This document shows, piece by piece, positions 50,895-60,211 of a stretch of 64,000 bases of DNA. Origin of the DNA: Eubacteriales bacterium (lineage in GTDB: Bacteria; Bacillota; Clostridia; Oscillospirales; CAG-272); assembly GCA_045660325.1 (NCBI GenBank), contig JAZRDO010000022.1:12334-76333 (forward strand). Reading direction: 5' to 3'. How positions within the stretch are numbered: position 1 is the stretch's first letter; every line of letters begins with the position of its first letter. Below the pieces are notes generated by a model. That model worked only from the letters and a program-made list of their open reading frames with translations, was not told where the DNA came from and made no database searches. The translations under genes and the position numbers were made by a program.

Positions 50895-52055
50895 TTACCA
50901 AATGTTTTCAAAAATTTTCTTTACGTCTCGAGCTAAGGGGAGTCTGGGGTTTGAGGGAGTGCATCTGTCCTTGAGAGCCGCATCCGTCATAGCATCGAGG
51001 TGGCGCATATATTCTTCGCGTGTGAGTCCGGGACAAGCCTCGCTGACTCTTGTGGGCATATTCATATCCTTCTGCATTCCTCTGATGAGAGAAAGGAGAT
51101 TTCTTACGGATTCAACGTCGTTATTGGGGTTACCGATACCGAGCTTGCGGGCAAGCTTTGCATATTTTGCAGCGCTCGCATGGATGGTAGAGGGAGCGAC
51201 GGATTCGTCCTGCTTGATACCGGAGTTATATTCAATAACAACGGGGAGAAGGATCGAGTTTGCGCGTCCGTGAGGAATGTGGAACTGTGCGCCGAGCTGG
51301 TGAGCCATACCGTGATTAAGACCGAGAGATACTGCGCTGAATGCAATACCTGCGAGGTTGGATGCGAGATGCATCTTTTCTCTTGCACGAACCTCACCGG
51401 TTTCGGGGAATTTATAGGAGCGAACAAGGTATCTTGCGCAGTGTGCGGATGCCTTCTCGCAGTACATATCCGAGGTGTCGTTGGCGTGAATGCTTACGTA
51501 AGCTTCGATCGCGTGAGTAAATACGTCCATACCCGTGTCGGCGGTAATGGAAGCGGGAACGCTTCTTACCATATCGACGTCGAGGATCGCTTCCTCAGGG
51601 AGAAGGTAATCGTCAACGAGAGCGTGCTTTATGTGCTTTTCGGTGTCCGTAATAACCGCGAAAGACGTAACCTCACTACCCGTACCGCTTGTTGTAGGAA
51701 TAGCGATGAAGTAGGGGCTGTATTCAGGTTCAAGGTTGTGAGCAAACTGGCGCACACACTTTGTAAGGTCAATCGCCGAGCCGCCGCCAACCGCTATAAT
51801 GCAGGGAGCCTTGCTCTTCATAAGCGCGGTAACACCCTCTGCAACCTTTTCTACGGAAGGATCGGGAACTACGTTCGTATACAATTCATAGGAGATCTTC
51901 GCTATATCAAGGTGCTTTGTTACCGTGAGGATAAGACCGCTTGAAACAGTGAAGGGGTCAGCTATGATAAATACGTTTTTATATTCAATTTGTGATAATC
52001 TTGTGAGAGCGTTCTCACCGAAATAAACTGCAGTTTTAAGTGAACACTTATGCAT
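50895..52055 (-). CDS. Iron-containing alcohol dehydrogenase
   Basis: Fe-ADH motifs GGGSAIDLTK and His-rich metal site (HGMAHQLG..HIPHG). Start at MHKCS behind AGGAGA. Confidence 0.85.
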   Translation of the reverse strand: MHKCSLKTAVYFGENALTRLSQIEYKNVFIIADPFTVSSGLILTVTKHLDIAKISYELYTNVVPDPSVEKVAEGVTALMKSKAPCIIAVGGGSAIDLTKCVRQFAHNLEPEYSPYFIAIPTTSGTGSEVTSFAVITDTEKHIKHALVDDYLLPEEAILDVDMVRSVPASITADTGMDVFTHAIEAYVSIHANDTSDMYCEKASAHCARYLVRSYKFPETGEVRAREKMHLASNLAGIAFSAVSLGLNHGMAHQLGAQFHIPHGRANSILLPVVIEYNSGIKQDESVAPSTIHASAAKYAKLARKLGIGNPNNDVESVRNLLSLIRGMQKDMNMPTRVSEACPGLTREEYMRHLDAMTDAALKDRCTPSNPRLPLARDVKKIFENIW

Positions 52056-52288
52056 TTTGGTCTCCTGATTTATGTGGGGGGATTTGCGACGTATAGTATG
52101 AACGGCCAAGTAGCCAAACCTTCACACCATACATATTATACCATAAGGATTTGAATATGTAAATATAAAAATGCAAAAAATTTACTTTTTTTATTTATAT
52201 GTATTATTTTGGGAGTAATTCCTTTTACTGATTGACTTTATGTTATGTGTGTGATATAATTTAGATATAGCAAAAATGAGGTATATGT

Positions 52289-52972
52289 ATGAATAACGGA
52301 AAAACGGATAAAAAAGAAAACATTACGAAAATACCTTTAGGTCTTCGCTTGAAATTAATGTTTTTAGGATATAAAACACGATCTTTTTTTGGAACTGTAT
52401 GCAAGATAGTCCCGATATGTATATTAGCAATCCTTATCATATTGGTGGTTACATATATTTTTCTCCATCCTGTTGACAAGATAAAACTCCGTTACTTTTT
52501 TTCGCGAGATTGCACTATAGAGGTTATATCAAATACTACATCCCGTAATTATAATGGTCCCCATGCTGTTGTATTTTCTCAAAGCAGAAGTGAAATTCTT
52601 ATAGATGGGGATTGGATGGAAGCTGATGGCGAGTATTACAATTGGATAGACGGAGAAGTGTATCGTTATTATAAGTATGGATCCGATAAATGGCAGAAAG
52701 AACTATATGAAATTGATAAAAGTCTATCTTCAGATGACTATATGCTATTAGATAAAAACAATTATGTAAGGGACAAGAAAAATCCGTTTGTATGGAAGCT
52801 GAAAGAAGATATTGATAAAGAAATATTAGGTATGAGCAACATACGTATAAAAAGGGTTGACGGCGCTATTGCGATAGTCGGAGAAACCGTGCGAAACGCG
52901 TATGAGGTTGAAATATCTTTATGCTTCAGAAAATTTGGAACAACGAAAATTGAATTGCCGTGGGATGAATAG
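52289..52972 (+). CDS. Hypothetical membrane-anchored protein (AT-rich orphan)
   Basis: One N-terminal TM helix and no recognisable motif. Has its own TTGACT, 17 nt, TG-n-TATAAT promoter at about 52233-52261. Confidence 0.5.
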   Translation: MNNGKTDKKENITKIPLGLRLKLMFLGYKTRSFFGTVCKIVPICILAILIILVVTYIFLHPVDKIKLRYFFSRDCTIEVISNTTSRNYNGPHAVVFSQSRSEILIDGDWMEADGEYYNWIDGEVYRYYKYGSDKWQKELYEIDKSLSSDDYMLLDKNNYVRDKKNPFVWKLKEDIDKEILGMSNIRIKRVDGAIAIVGETVRNAYEVEISLCFRKFGTTKIELPWDE

Positions 52973-53004
52973 CTCTTCCAATCGGGATATTTATACCAAA
53001 AAAC

Positions 53005-53046
53005 AAAAAAGACACTTTGCAAAATACAAAGTGTCTTATTGTTTTT
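53005..53046. terminator. Bidirectional terminator
   Basis: 11-bp stem AAGACACTTTG/CAAAGTGTCTT. Confidence 0.8.
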
Positions 53047-53055
53047 CCTACATTA

Positions 53056-53307
53056 TTAGTCAGCAACGTAAGGAAGAAGAGCTGCCTGACGTGCGCGCTT
53101 GATAGCTGTGTTAAGCTCTCTCTGGTGAAGTGCGCATGTACCAGAAATTCTTCTGGGAAGGATCTTGCCGCGCTCGGAAATGAACTTTCTGAGCTTTGCG
53201 CTATCCTTGTAGTCAATATATGCAACCTTATCTGCGCAGAAAATACAAACTTTTCTTCTCTTGCGAACAACAGGTCTTGCTGCACGAGTATTCTCGTTTC
53301 TATCCAT
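53056..53307 (-). CDS. rpsR: 30S ribosomal protein S18
   Basis: KVCIFC...IDYKD...LPRR..G.CA..QR motif set. Confidence 0.95.
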   Translation of the reverse strand: MDRNENTRAARPVVRKRRKVCIFCADKVAYIDYKDSAKLRKFISERGKILPRRISGTCALHQRELNTAIKRARQAALLPYVAD

Positions 53308-53347
53308 TTTGATAATCCTCCTATAGATTTAATTGTCTGACGTCTTC

Positions 53348-53794
53348 TCAGAAGGGAAGGTCGTCGTCTGTCTTGATTTCCTCAAACTTGGGAGCAGCTC
53401 CCATGGGAGAGGAGAATGCGGGTGTTGCACCGCCGAAGTCAGCGGATGCAGGGGAATCCGAACGTGAGTCAACGAACATTACTTCATCAGCAACGATGTC
53501 TGTTCTGTAATGCTTCTGACCCTGCTGGTCAGTCCAGTTTCTGTTCTGGATGGAGCCTGTTACGCAGATGGAAGAGCCCTTTCTGAAGTAACGGGAAACG
53601 AACTCAGCTGTCTGTCTCCATGCAGTTACGTTGAAAAAGTCTGTCTCGTTCTGCTGTGCGGAATCCTTTGAGAAGCGGCGGTTAACTGCGATAGAGAATG
53701 TTACTACCGAAATGCCGCTGGATGTTGTTTTGAGCTCGGGGTCAGCAGTAAGTCTACCGCCAAGGATGACCTTATTTAAATTGAAGTTTGCCAT
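53348..53794 (-). CDS. ssb: Single-stranded DNA-binding protein
   Basis: OB-fold N-terminus MANFNLNKVILGGRLT and an acidic tip DDDLPF. Confidence 0.95.
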   Translation of the reverse strand: MANFNLNKVILGGRLTADPELKTTSSGISVVTFSIAVNRRFSKDSAQQNETDFFNVTAWRQTAEFVSRYFRKGSSICVTGSIQNRNWTDQQGQKHYRTDIVADEVMFVDSRSDSPASADFGGATPAFSSPMGAAPKFEEIKTDDDLPF

Positions 53795-53817
53795 GCGATA
53801 CCTCCGAATTGCCTGAA

Positions 53818-54183
53818 TTATTCAGCGTCTGTTGTTTCAACAGGTGCTACTTCTTCAGCAACTTCCTCTACAACAGCTGCCTTGAACACGGGCTCGTGGT
53901 CAAGCTTGATTGTAAGAGAACGCATTACAGATTCATCAATGTTCATAAGACGCTCAAGCTCAGCGATGAAAGAAGGATTGGATTTGTAAGTTACAACAGT
54001 GTATGCGCCCTCGCTCATATCGTCGATGAGATATGCAAGTCTCTTCTTGCCCCAGTTAGCAACGTTGAGAACTTCGCAGTTTTCGCTAATCAATGTTGTG
54101 AACTTGTCTGTTGTAGCCTTTGTAGCTTCTTCGCCTGCTGTTACGTTTACAACGAACAGTGTTTCATAAGTATTGAATGCCAT
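53818..54183 (-). CDS. rpsF: 30S ribosomal protein S6
   Basis: YETLFVV N-terminus and rpsF-ssb-rpsR gene order. Confidence 0.9.
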   Translation of the reverse strand: MAFNTYETLFVVNVTAGEEATKATTDKFTTLISENCEVLNVANWGKKRLAYLIDDMSEGAYTVVTYKSNPSFIAELERLMNIDESVMRSLTIKLDHEPVFKAAVVEEVAEEVAPVETTDAE

Positions 54184-54276
54184 GTTTTTTTACCTCCCTA
54201 TGGACTTAATAACGACCGCACTGCTTTCTTTTTTTGTGCGGTAGAGAGACGGTCTATTTGACCGTACCGAATTGAG

Positions 54277-54305
54277 ATTATATCATAAAAAGATGATTTT
54301 GTCAA
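54277..54305 (-). promoter_or_regulatory. Sigma-A promoter of the rpsF operon, followed by a structured 5' leader of about 90 nt
   Basis: On the minus strand: TTGACA, 17 nt spacer, TATAAT. The leader contains hairpins ACGGTC/GACCGT and ACCGCAC/GTGCGGT. Confidence 0.65.
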
Positions 54306-54731
54306 TAGGATAATATTAGAAAAAGATAAAAATTTTAAATTTGTTCACAATTTTCCTCTTCAAAATTGTAATATTTGCTACGACATAGAAATTGTTTTTA
54401 CCTCATTCACATTGTAATTAAATTTTCACGCGGTAATTTTAGCTTCAAATAGAAAATATTGAAAAATTCTCTTGGAATTTCATAAAAACTTAATTCTGAG
54501 TTGCAAATTTGCTATTAATATTCAAAAATATAGCGGGCTTTTATTGTGTGTTTGTCGTACTAAAAGGGGATTGCATTATGGAAATCAAGTCAAAAAGAGC
54601 AGGCTTTGTGTACATTATTTACAAACGGACGAGAAAAACCGCCGCACTAAAAAATACGGCGGTGTTTTCTTTTATGGTAGAATGTATACAGAGAGAGATT
54701 TCAATATATTTGATAATAAGGAGATATGATT

Positions 54732-54950
54732 ATGGGAGATCTGATTTTTACCGTTGAGGAGAATGCTCACTCAAGATTCGGACTTAAAGTATGTGATAGG
54801 GAAGGAAATCTATACAGATATTATGCATCTGTAAGTGATAGCAAGGATGAGCTTGAGGCTCTGGCGGCAAGGTGCAGAGCTTTTGGGGTATCTCCTTTAC
54901 ATATAGATGATATTATATGCGACTTTCTGTGTCAACTATCAGAGGTATGA
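54732..54950 (+). CDS. Hypothetical small protein (72 aa)
   Basis: AAGGAG RBS 8 nt before the second ATG. Converges on the repressor gene and overlaps it by 12 nt. Confidence 0.45.
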   Translation: MGDLIFTVEENAHSRFGLKVCDREGNLYRYYASVSDSKDELEALAARCRAFGVSPLHIDDIICDFLCQLSEV

Positions 54951-55556
54951 GGTGAACGCGACGGCTTTTCCTAAAATAGTAATATTTTCAAGCTCCTCTC
55001 CTACAAAGGTGAGGGGCTTATAGCTTTTATTTTCGGGGATAAGAATAAGGCGTTGGGAGTCGGGGTAGAAGTAAACGCGCTTGAGTGTCGCCTCGCCGTC
55101 AATGATAACTACGGCAATATCACCGTTGTCAATCATATCCGTGCGCTTGATAAACACAATGTCGCCGTCGCAAATGCGCGCATCTATCATGCTATCACCT
55201 TTTGCGCGCAGACAAAAATCGGCATCTATAAATGAGTCCGTAACAATTTCGCCCTCGTAGATTTCTTCAGCAAGGGTAGGAGAGCCGCATCTGACTTCAC
55301 CCAAAATTTTCATTCTTTTTGCGCCTATGGGAAGATTGTTTGGACTGTCGGTATGACCGAGCAGATATTCCTCAGAGCAGGCAAGAGAAACAGCAAGCTT
55401 AACAAGCGCGTCTGCTGTGGGTTTGTATACTCCGTGCACGTATTGGCTTATTCTTGCCTTTGAAATACCGCTTTGTCTTGACAACTCGGCGGCGGATATT
55501 TTCTGTTCCTTCATTCTGGCTGAGAGCCGCTGTGAAAAAATATAGTTATTTTCCAT
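54939..55556 (-). CDS. Phage CI/LexA-like repressor (XRE HTH plus S24 peptidase)
   Basis: HTH segment ISAAELSRQSGISKARISQYVHG. C-terminal S24 domain with GDSM (Ser nucleophile) and a downstream Lys (TLKRV). An alternative GTG start is at 55565. Confidence 0.85.
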   Translation of the reverse strand: MENNYIFSQRLSARMKEQKISAAELSRQSGISKARISQYVHGVYKPTADALVKLAVSLACSEEYLLGHTDSPNNLPIGAKRMKILGEVRCGSPTLAEEIYEGEIVTDSFIDADFCLRAKGDSMIDARICDGDIVFIKRTDMIDNGDIAVVIIDGEATLKRVYFYPDSQRLILIPENKSYKPLTFVGEELENITILGKAVAFTSYL

Positions 55557-55594
55557 TGTTTTCACCTATCCTTTTGTCCGTTTACAAATTGTTA

Positions 55595-55613
55595 ATAGAA
55601 CTTTTGTTCGTAT
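55595..55613. promoter_or_regulatory. Operator O1 / SOS-box-like palindrome
   Basis: ATAGAACTTTTGTTCGTAT contains GAAC-N4-GTTC. Lies just downstream of the repressor promoter on the minus strand (TTGACA, 17 nt, TAGAAT at 55620-55648). Confidence 0.55.
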
Positions 55614-55687
55614 ATTAGTATTCTAACACATAAAAATCCCTTTGTCAATAAGGAAAAACAAAAAAGTTTAGAAAACTTTACTTTGTC

Positions 55688-55716
55688 TTGACAAAATAGA
55701 ACAGATGTGCTATAAT
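55688..55716 (+). promoter_or_regulatory. Rightward early promoter with embedded operator O2
   Basis: TTGACA, 17 nt spacer, TATAAT. The spacer carries ATAGAACAGATGTGCTAT (55696-55713), a half-conserved copy of O1. Confidence 0.65.
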
Positions 55717-55841
55717 ATGTGCAGTTAAGTTGAGCGCGACTTATTGAAAAGAATAGACCGGTATATTTTTTTGATATATAGGTTAAGCAAACTTAACAAT
55801 TTATATAAATTTGCCAAATACGGCATAGAAAGGATTTTTAA

Positions 55842-56057
55842 ATGGCATTCAGAGGAACTTGCCCATACATTAAGGAGGTTGGAAGAGAAAAGCGCATTAT
55901 GTGCGAATGCACGCGCTTTGCTTTTCCCGACGTTAAAGCAAAAAGAGAGATAATTTACGGATATTGCGCCCATCCGACAAATTGGAAGGAATGTCCGTTT
56001 AAAAAGATGATGGATAACTTTTATGAAAGGAAGTACAACGGTGAAGGAATCGTATAA
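55842..56057 (+). CDS. Small cysteine-rich phage protein (71 aa)
   Basis: First gene of the rightward transcript. Contains C..., CxC, C and C(P) residues spaced like a zinc-binding module. Confidence 0.5.
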   Translation: MAFRGTCPYIKEVGREKRIMCECTRFAFPDVKAKREIIYGYCAHPTNWKECPFKKMMDNFYERKYNGEGIV

Positions 56058-56331
56058 GCTTAAAGAAATAATCAAGGAAAGAAACAGCGTTATCGAGCAT
56101 TATAAGGAAAAAAGTCAGGGCCTTGAACAGCTTTGCGACCTTTTAAAATGTCTTATGTATGCAATTCTCAAAAGCAATAAGAATAGCACTATAAGCAAAA
56201 AGGACATTTCCGAGGGCATCGGAAAAAATCTTATAAGTCTTTTCGACGACGAGGATAATTATTACGTATCTGTTTATGATCCTGCAGACGTTGCCTGCGA
56301 TAGTGAGAGTGATGAGGAAGACGAAATATGA
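56023..56331 (+). CDS. Hypothetical phage protein with an acidic C-terminus
   Basis: ORF overlaps its neighbours in the phage style. No recognisable motif. Confidence 0.4.
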   Translation: MKGSTTVKESYKLKEIIKERNSVIEHYKEKSQGLEQLCDLLKCLMYAILKSNKNSTISKKDISEGIGKNLISLFDDEDNYYVSVYDPADVACDSESDEEDEI

Positions 56332-56809
56332 AAGCTTTATGCAGGAATACGGGGAAGAATACCTAAGACGTATGGCCGAGGAGGGATATTCTGACCGTGA
56401 AATAGCCGAAAGTGCGAAAATAAGTTATGCGACCTTCAAAAGATGGAAGGGAATGCATATCGAGATGGACAAGGCACTTTATCTTGGGCGGTTTGGCTCG
56501 GATTATGCGGTTATAGATGCGCTTTATAAAAAGGCATGCGGTTACAGTGTTAAGGTCAACAAAACGTACAAGCTCAAAAGAGTGGATTACGACCCTGATA
56601 CGGGTAAAAAAATAAGAGAGTACGAGGAGCTTTGCGTAGGTGCTGATGAAAACTATATTCCGGCGGACGTCAAGGCGTCATCCTTCTGGCTTAAAAACAG
56701 ACAGCCGCAAAGGTGGTCTGACAAGCCTGAAAATATACAGGTGGCAGAGGGAGAGGTAGATATTCCGACAGCTGACAAGCTTGGAGAGGATGCTAACGAT
56801 GATGAGTAA
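56312..56809 (+). CDS. Terminase small subunit (putative)
   Basis: Sits immediately before the large terminase. HTH-like EGYSDREIAESAKISYATFKRW. Start uncertain (56312 or 56339). Confidence 0.6.
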   Translation: MRKTKYESFMQEYGEEYLRRMAEEGYSDREIAESAKISYATFKRWKGMHIEMDKALYLGRFGSDYAVIDALYKKACGYSVKVNKTYKLKRVDYDPDTGKKIREYEELCVGADENYIPADVKASSFWLKNRQPQRWSDKPENIQVAEGEVDIPTADKLGEDANDDE

Positions 56810-58286
56810 TATTATCAAGAGCGGAAGGATAGGACGGAATGCTAAATGTGACGCATCCAAATTTATATGGCGGCCTCAAGAAAAGCAAAGGGAGTTTATG
56901 TCACGGCTTGAGGACGAGGCGTTGTACGGCGGGGCTGCAGGCGGCGGAAAAAGCGACTGCGCCTTGGCTGAGGCATTGCGTCAGGTACATATTCCGCATT
57001 ACAGAGGGCTTATCCTTCGAAAAAGCTATCCGCAATTATCCGAGCTTATTGATCGCTCGCACGAGATATATCTGCCGTCAAACCCACAGGCAAAATTCAA
57101 TGATTCCAAGCACGTATGGTGCTTTCCATCGGGCGCAAAAATATATTTCGGGTCGCTTGGGCATCCGAATGATAAGTACAATTATCAGGGAAAGCGATAC
57201 GATTTTATAGACTTTGACGAATTGACGCAATTCACTTATGATGAGTACAGCTATTTGTTTTCACGCAACCGCCCAAACGGTGAGAATACGCGGTGCTATA
57301 TGCGGGCGCAGGCAAATCCCGGCGGTATTGGACACAGTTGGGTAAAGGATCGGTTTATCACTCCTGCTCCACCTATGACTACCATATGGGAAAGGGTAAA
57401 GATAGTTTTTCCCGATGGGAAGGAGCAGATAAGAAAAAAGTCCCGAATATTCGTGCCGTCGACCGTGTTTGACAATAAGATACTTCTGAAAAACGATCCG
57501 GGGTATCTGACGCGACTTGCGTCGCTGCCCGAAAAGGATAAGGCGGCACTGTTATACGGCGATTGGAACAGCTTTCAAGGGCAGGTGTTTTCTGAGTGGC
57601 GGGACAACTGTGAAGGGTACGACGACGGAGTGAACACTCACGTTATCAAGCCATTCAGAATACCTGCGGATTGGAGGATATACCGTGGCTTTGACTGGGG
57701 ATATTCAAGACCATTTTCGGTTGGCTGGTATGCTATTGACAGGGAAGGAAAAATGTATCGCATCCGCGAGCTTTACGGCTGTAGCGGTACTCCCAACGAG
57801 GGAGTAAGATGGGATGCGGGCAAAATTGCAAACGAGATACGAAGAATAGAATTTGAGGATGTAAATTTATGCGGCAAGCGCATATATGGCATCGCCGATC
57901 CCGCGATATTTCAGAAAAACGGGGGTGAGAGCATCGGTGAGATCATGGAGAAGCGCGGTGTATATTTTGACAGAGGAGATAATTCACGCATTGCGGGTAA
58001 GCAACAGGTACACAACCGTCTTGCTTTTCTGCCCGACGGACGCCCGTCATTATATGTTTTTTCCACTTGCAGAAATTTTATAAGAAGCTTTCCCGCTTTA
58101 GTTTACGACTCGACAGACGTTGAGGATGTAAACAGCTCGGGAGAGGACCACATATACGACGAATTGCGCTATGTTTGTATGGAAAATCCTATGAAGATGC
58201 CTATGCGCAGTGAAAGTATGATAATCCGCGCCGACATAGCGGATACAAACCAAAGATATTACGGCTCTGGTATAGAGCGCAGATAA
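56799..58286 (+). CDS. Terminase large subunit
   Basis: Walker A GGAAGGGKS, Walker B-like YDFIDFDE, and a C-terminal nuclease-like region with conserved Asp residues. ATGATGAGTAA overlap with TerS. Confidence 0.85.
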   Translation: MMSNIIKSGRIGRNAKCDASKFIWRPQEKQREFMSRLEDEALYGGAAGGGKSDCALAEALRQVHIPHYRGLILRKSYPQLSELIDRSHEIYLPSNPQAKFNDSKHVWCFPSGAKIYFGSLGHPNDKYNYQGKRYDFIDFDELTQFTYDEYSYLFSRNRPNGENTRCYMRAQANPGGIGHSWVKDRFITPAPPMTTIWERVKIVFPDGKEQIRKKSRIFVPSTVFDNKILLKNDPGYLTRLASLPEKDKAALLYGDWNSFQGQVFSEWRDNCEGYDDGVNTHVIKPFRIPADWRIYRGFDWGYSRPFSVGWYAIDREGKMYRIRELYGCSGTPNEGVRWDAGKIANEIRRIEFEDVNLCGKRIYGIADPAIFQKNGGESIGEIMEKRGVYFDRGDNSRIAGKQQVHNRLAFLPDGRPSLYVFSTCRNFIRSFPALVYDSTDVEDVNSSGEDHIYDELRYVCMENPMKMPMRSESMIIRADIADTNQRYYGSGIERR

Positions 58287-58305
58287 TAAAATAAGGACAA
58301 AAATT

Positions 58306-59868
58306 ATGAGTAAAACTAAAAACAAAAAGTGCGCTCCCGATATAGAGTACGGTGTGGAAACACTCAGAAAATATATTTATTCTAAGTCGGAGCTTACCGA
58401 AAGAATAAAAAATGAAAGAAATTTCTGGAGCCAGAGATACAAGGGCGAGGGGAGCGGCGCGTCCTGGCTTCACAACAGCATACTCAACAAGCATGCCGAC
58501 GTTGTTGACAATATGCCAACCTGCATTTGCCTTCCGAGAGAAGAACGGGATATAAAGAGCGCGGAAATGCTCACCAAAATAATCCCCGTGATAAATTCAA
58601 GATGCAATTTTCCTCAGATATACAGTGATAACGCCTGGAACAAGATAAGATATGGCACGGCTATATATGGAGTTTTCTGGAATGGAGAGCTTTGCGACGG
58701 ACTTGGAGATATTGATATACGCAAGCTGAATATTGAAAACATATTCTGGGAGATGGGTGTCGAGGACATTCAGGACTCAAAGAATCTGTTTATATGCGCG
58801 CTATCTGATAAGGACGAGCTTTGCGAGAGATACACTCATCTTGATTTCGACGGTGAGATTGGAGAATACGGGGATATAACGTCGTATATATACGGATCTG
58901 AGTATTCAACTACGGACAAATGTGCAGTTATAGACTGGTACTACAAGAGATATGTTGACGGAAAGGTTGTGCTTCACTATTGCAAATTCTGCGAATACGG
59001 AGTTATATATTCTTCGGAATGCGATGATGAATGCACAGACGGATGGTACAGTCACGGAAAATATCCCGTGGTTTTTGATGCGATGTATCCCTGTGATAAT
59101 GAGATAAGTGGCTTTGGTGTGATTGCCCTTGGCAGAAAGTGCGAGGAGTATATTGATAAGCTTGATAAGAATATTGAGAATTACTCGACGCTTGCTTCTA
59201 ATGTGAGATTCTGGGCTAAAAAGAGCCTTGGTATCAATCTTTCTGATTTTGCTGATGTAAACAAGAAGATCATCGAGGTTGAGGGTGACATTGACGAGGA
59301 AAAGCTTAAACGCATTGATATCGGTGAAATGGACAAGAGTGTGGTTGAGATTAAGCAGATGAAGATAGACGAGCTTAAGGAGATCACGGGCTGCAGAGAG
59401 GTATCTGTGGGCAGAACATCCGGAAATGTTACTGCGGCATCGGCTATCAGTATGCTGCAGAATGCCGATGCTAAATTCTCCCGCGACGGAATCGAAAATT
59501 CCTGTCGTGCGTGTGTAAAAATATGGGAGCTTGTAATTGAGCTTATAAGACAGTTTTATACAGAACAGAGAGTGTTCAGAATCACTGGAGATGTAAGCGA
59601 CAGATATGAGTATTTCACCCCTGAGATTTTGCAAGAATCATACGATGGACATTGTCCCTGCTTTGACGTGCAGATAGATACGCAAAAGAGATCATATACA
59701 GAAAGAAATGAGCTTAACAATTTTGCGCTTGAGCTTTATAAATGCGGTGCGCTCAAGAAAGAAAATATTGAACAGACAAAGCTTCTTCTTACTCTTGTGG
59801 ATATAAGCGGTATCGGAAAGCTCAGAAGTGAAATACAGAAGATAGAATCGGAGCATTGTAATGATTAA
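58306..59868 (+). CDS. Portal protein (putative)
   Basis: 520 aa protein directly after TerL and before the protease/scaffold/capsid genes. Call is based on position and size. Confidence 0.65.
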   Translation: MSKTKNKKCAPDIEYGVETLRKYIYSKSELTERIKNERNFWSQRYKGEGSGASWLHNSILNKHADVVDNMPTCICLPREERDIKSAEMLTKIIPVINSRCNFPQIYSDNAWNKIRYGTAIYGVFWNGELCDGLGDIDIRKLNIENIFWEMGVEDIQDSKNLFICALSDKDELCERYTHLDFDGEIGEYGDITSYIYGSEYSTTDKCAVIDWYYKRYVDGKVVLHYCKFCEYGVIYSSECDDECTDGWYSHGKYPVVFDAMYPCDNEISGFGVIALGRKCEEYIDKLDKNIENYSTLASNVRFWAKKSLGINLSDFADVNKKIIEVEGDIDEEKLKRIDIGEMDKSVVEIKQMKIDELKEITGCREVSVGRTSGNVTAASAISMLQNADAKFSRDGIENSCRACVKIWELVIELIRQFYTEQRVFRITGDVSDRYEYFTPEILQESYDGHCPCFDVQIDTQKRSYTERNELNNFALELYKCGALKKENIEQTKLLLTLVDISGIGKLRSEIQKIESEHCND

Positions 59869-60208
59869 CGTATGCTTTTCGAAGGATAGTGAAAGCATCC
59901 GACTTGTGATGACGGGGCATTCGGATTTTAAAGCAAATGGGCAGCTTATAGTCTGCTCGGCAGTGTCGGCAATATTTTATACGTTGCTCGGATACCTTAA
60001 AAGCACATACCGTGAAAAGCTTATAATTAATTCCATCGAGTCGGGCTTTACGGATATTATGTGCAAGGATTGTGATACTGAGCCGTTTCGTATGGCTTGC
60101 ATAGGGCTTTTGCAGATATCCGAGTGCTACCCCGGGCAGATATGCATACAAAACAAAATATGGGATTCGGCTCTGTGTAAAGGTAAGACAACCCAAAAGA
60201 AAGGATAG
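59861..60208 (+). CDS. Phage-encoded Prp-like cysteine protease
   Basis: The pattern ...TGHSD...LIVCSAVSA... parallels host Prp GHTGY...VLCAALSAM. Similar in size to Prp. Confidence 0.65.
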   Translation: MINVCFSKDSESIRLVMTGHSDFKANGQLIVCSAVSAIFYTLLGYLKSTYREKLIINSIESGFTDIMCKDCDTEPFRMACIGLLQISECYPGQICIQNKIWDSALCKGKTTQKKG

Positions 60209-60211
60209 CTT

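Noticed and set aside
54312-54577. Search for att-type direct repeats shared between the left edge (54312-54577) and right edge (62698-63020) of the phage cassette.
   Set aside because: Only short AT-rich matches of about 10 nt were found (for example TTGAAAAATT), which are expected by chance in AT-rich DNA. An 8-bp inverted repeat, ACAATTTT/AAAATTGT at about 54347-54369, has unclear meaning.
54578-54757. Small ORF (MEIKSKRAGFVYIIYKRTRK...) with a good RBS and faint resemblance to a GIY-YIG nuclease N-terminus.
   Set aside because: The resemblance is only about 8 residues. The ORF also runs straight through a good terminator hairpin (ACCGCCG...CGGCGGT followed by a T-run at about 54648-54686) and into the next gene's RBS. 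It is more likely non-coding or a decayed remnant.
55744-55953. Alternative 69-aa ORF overlapping the Cys-rich early gene in another frame.
   Set aside because: No RBS, and it begins inside the predicted 5' leader. The 55842 frame has a better RBS and a coherent Cys pattern.
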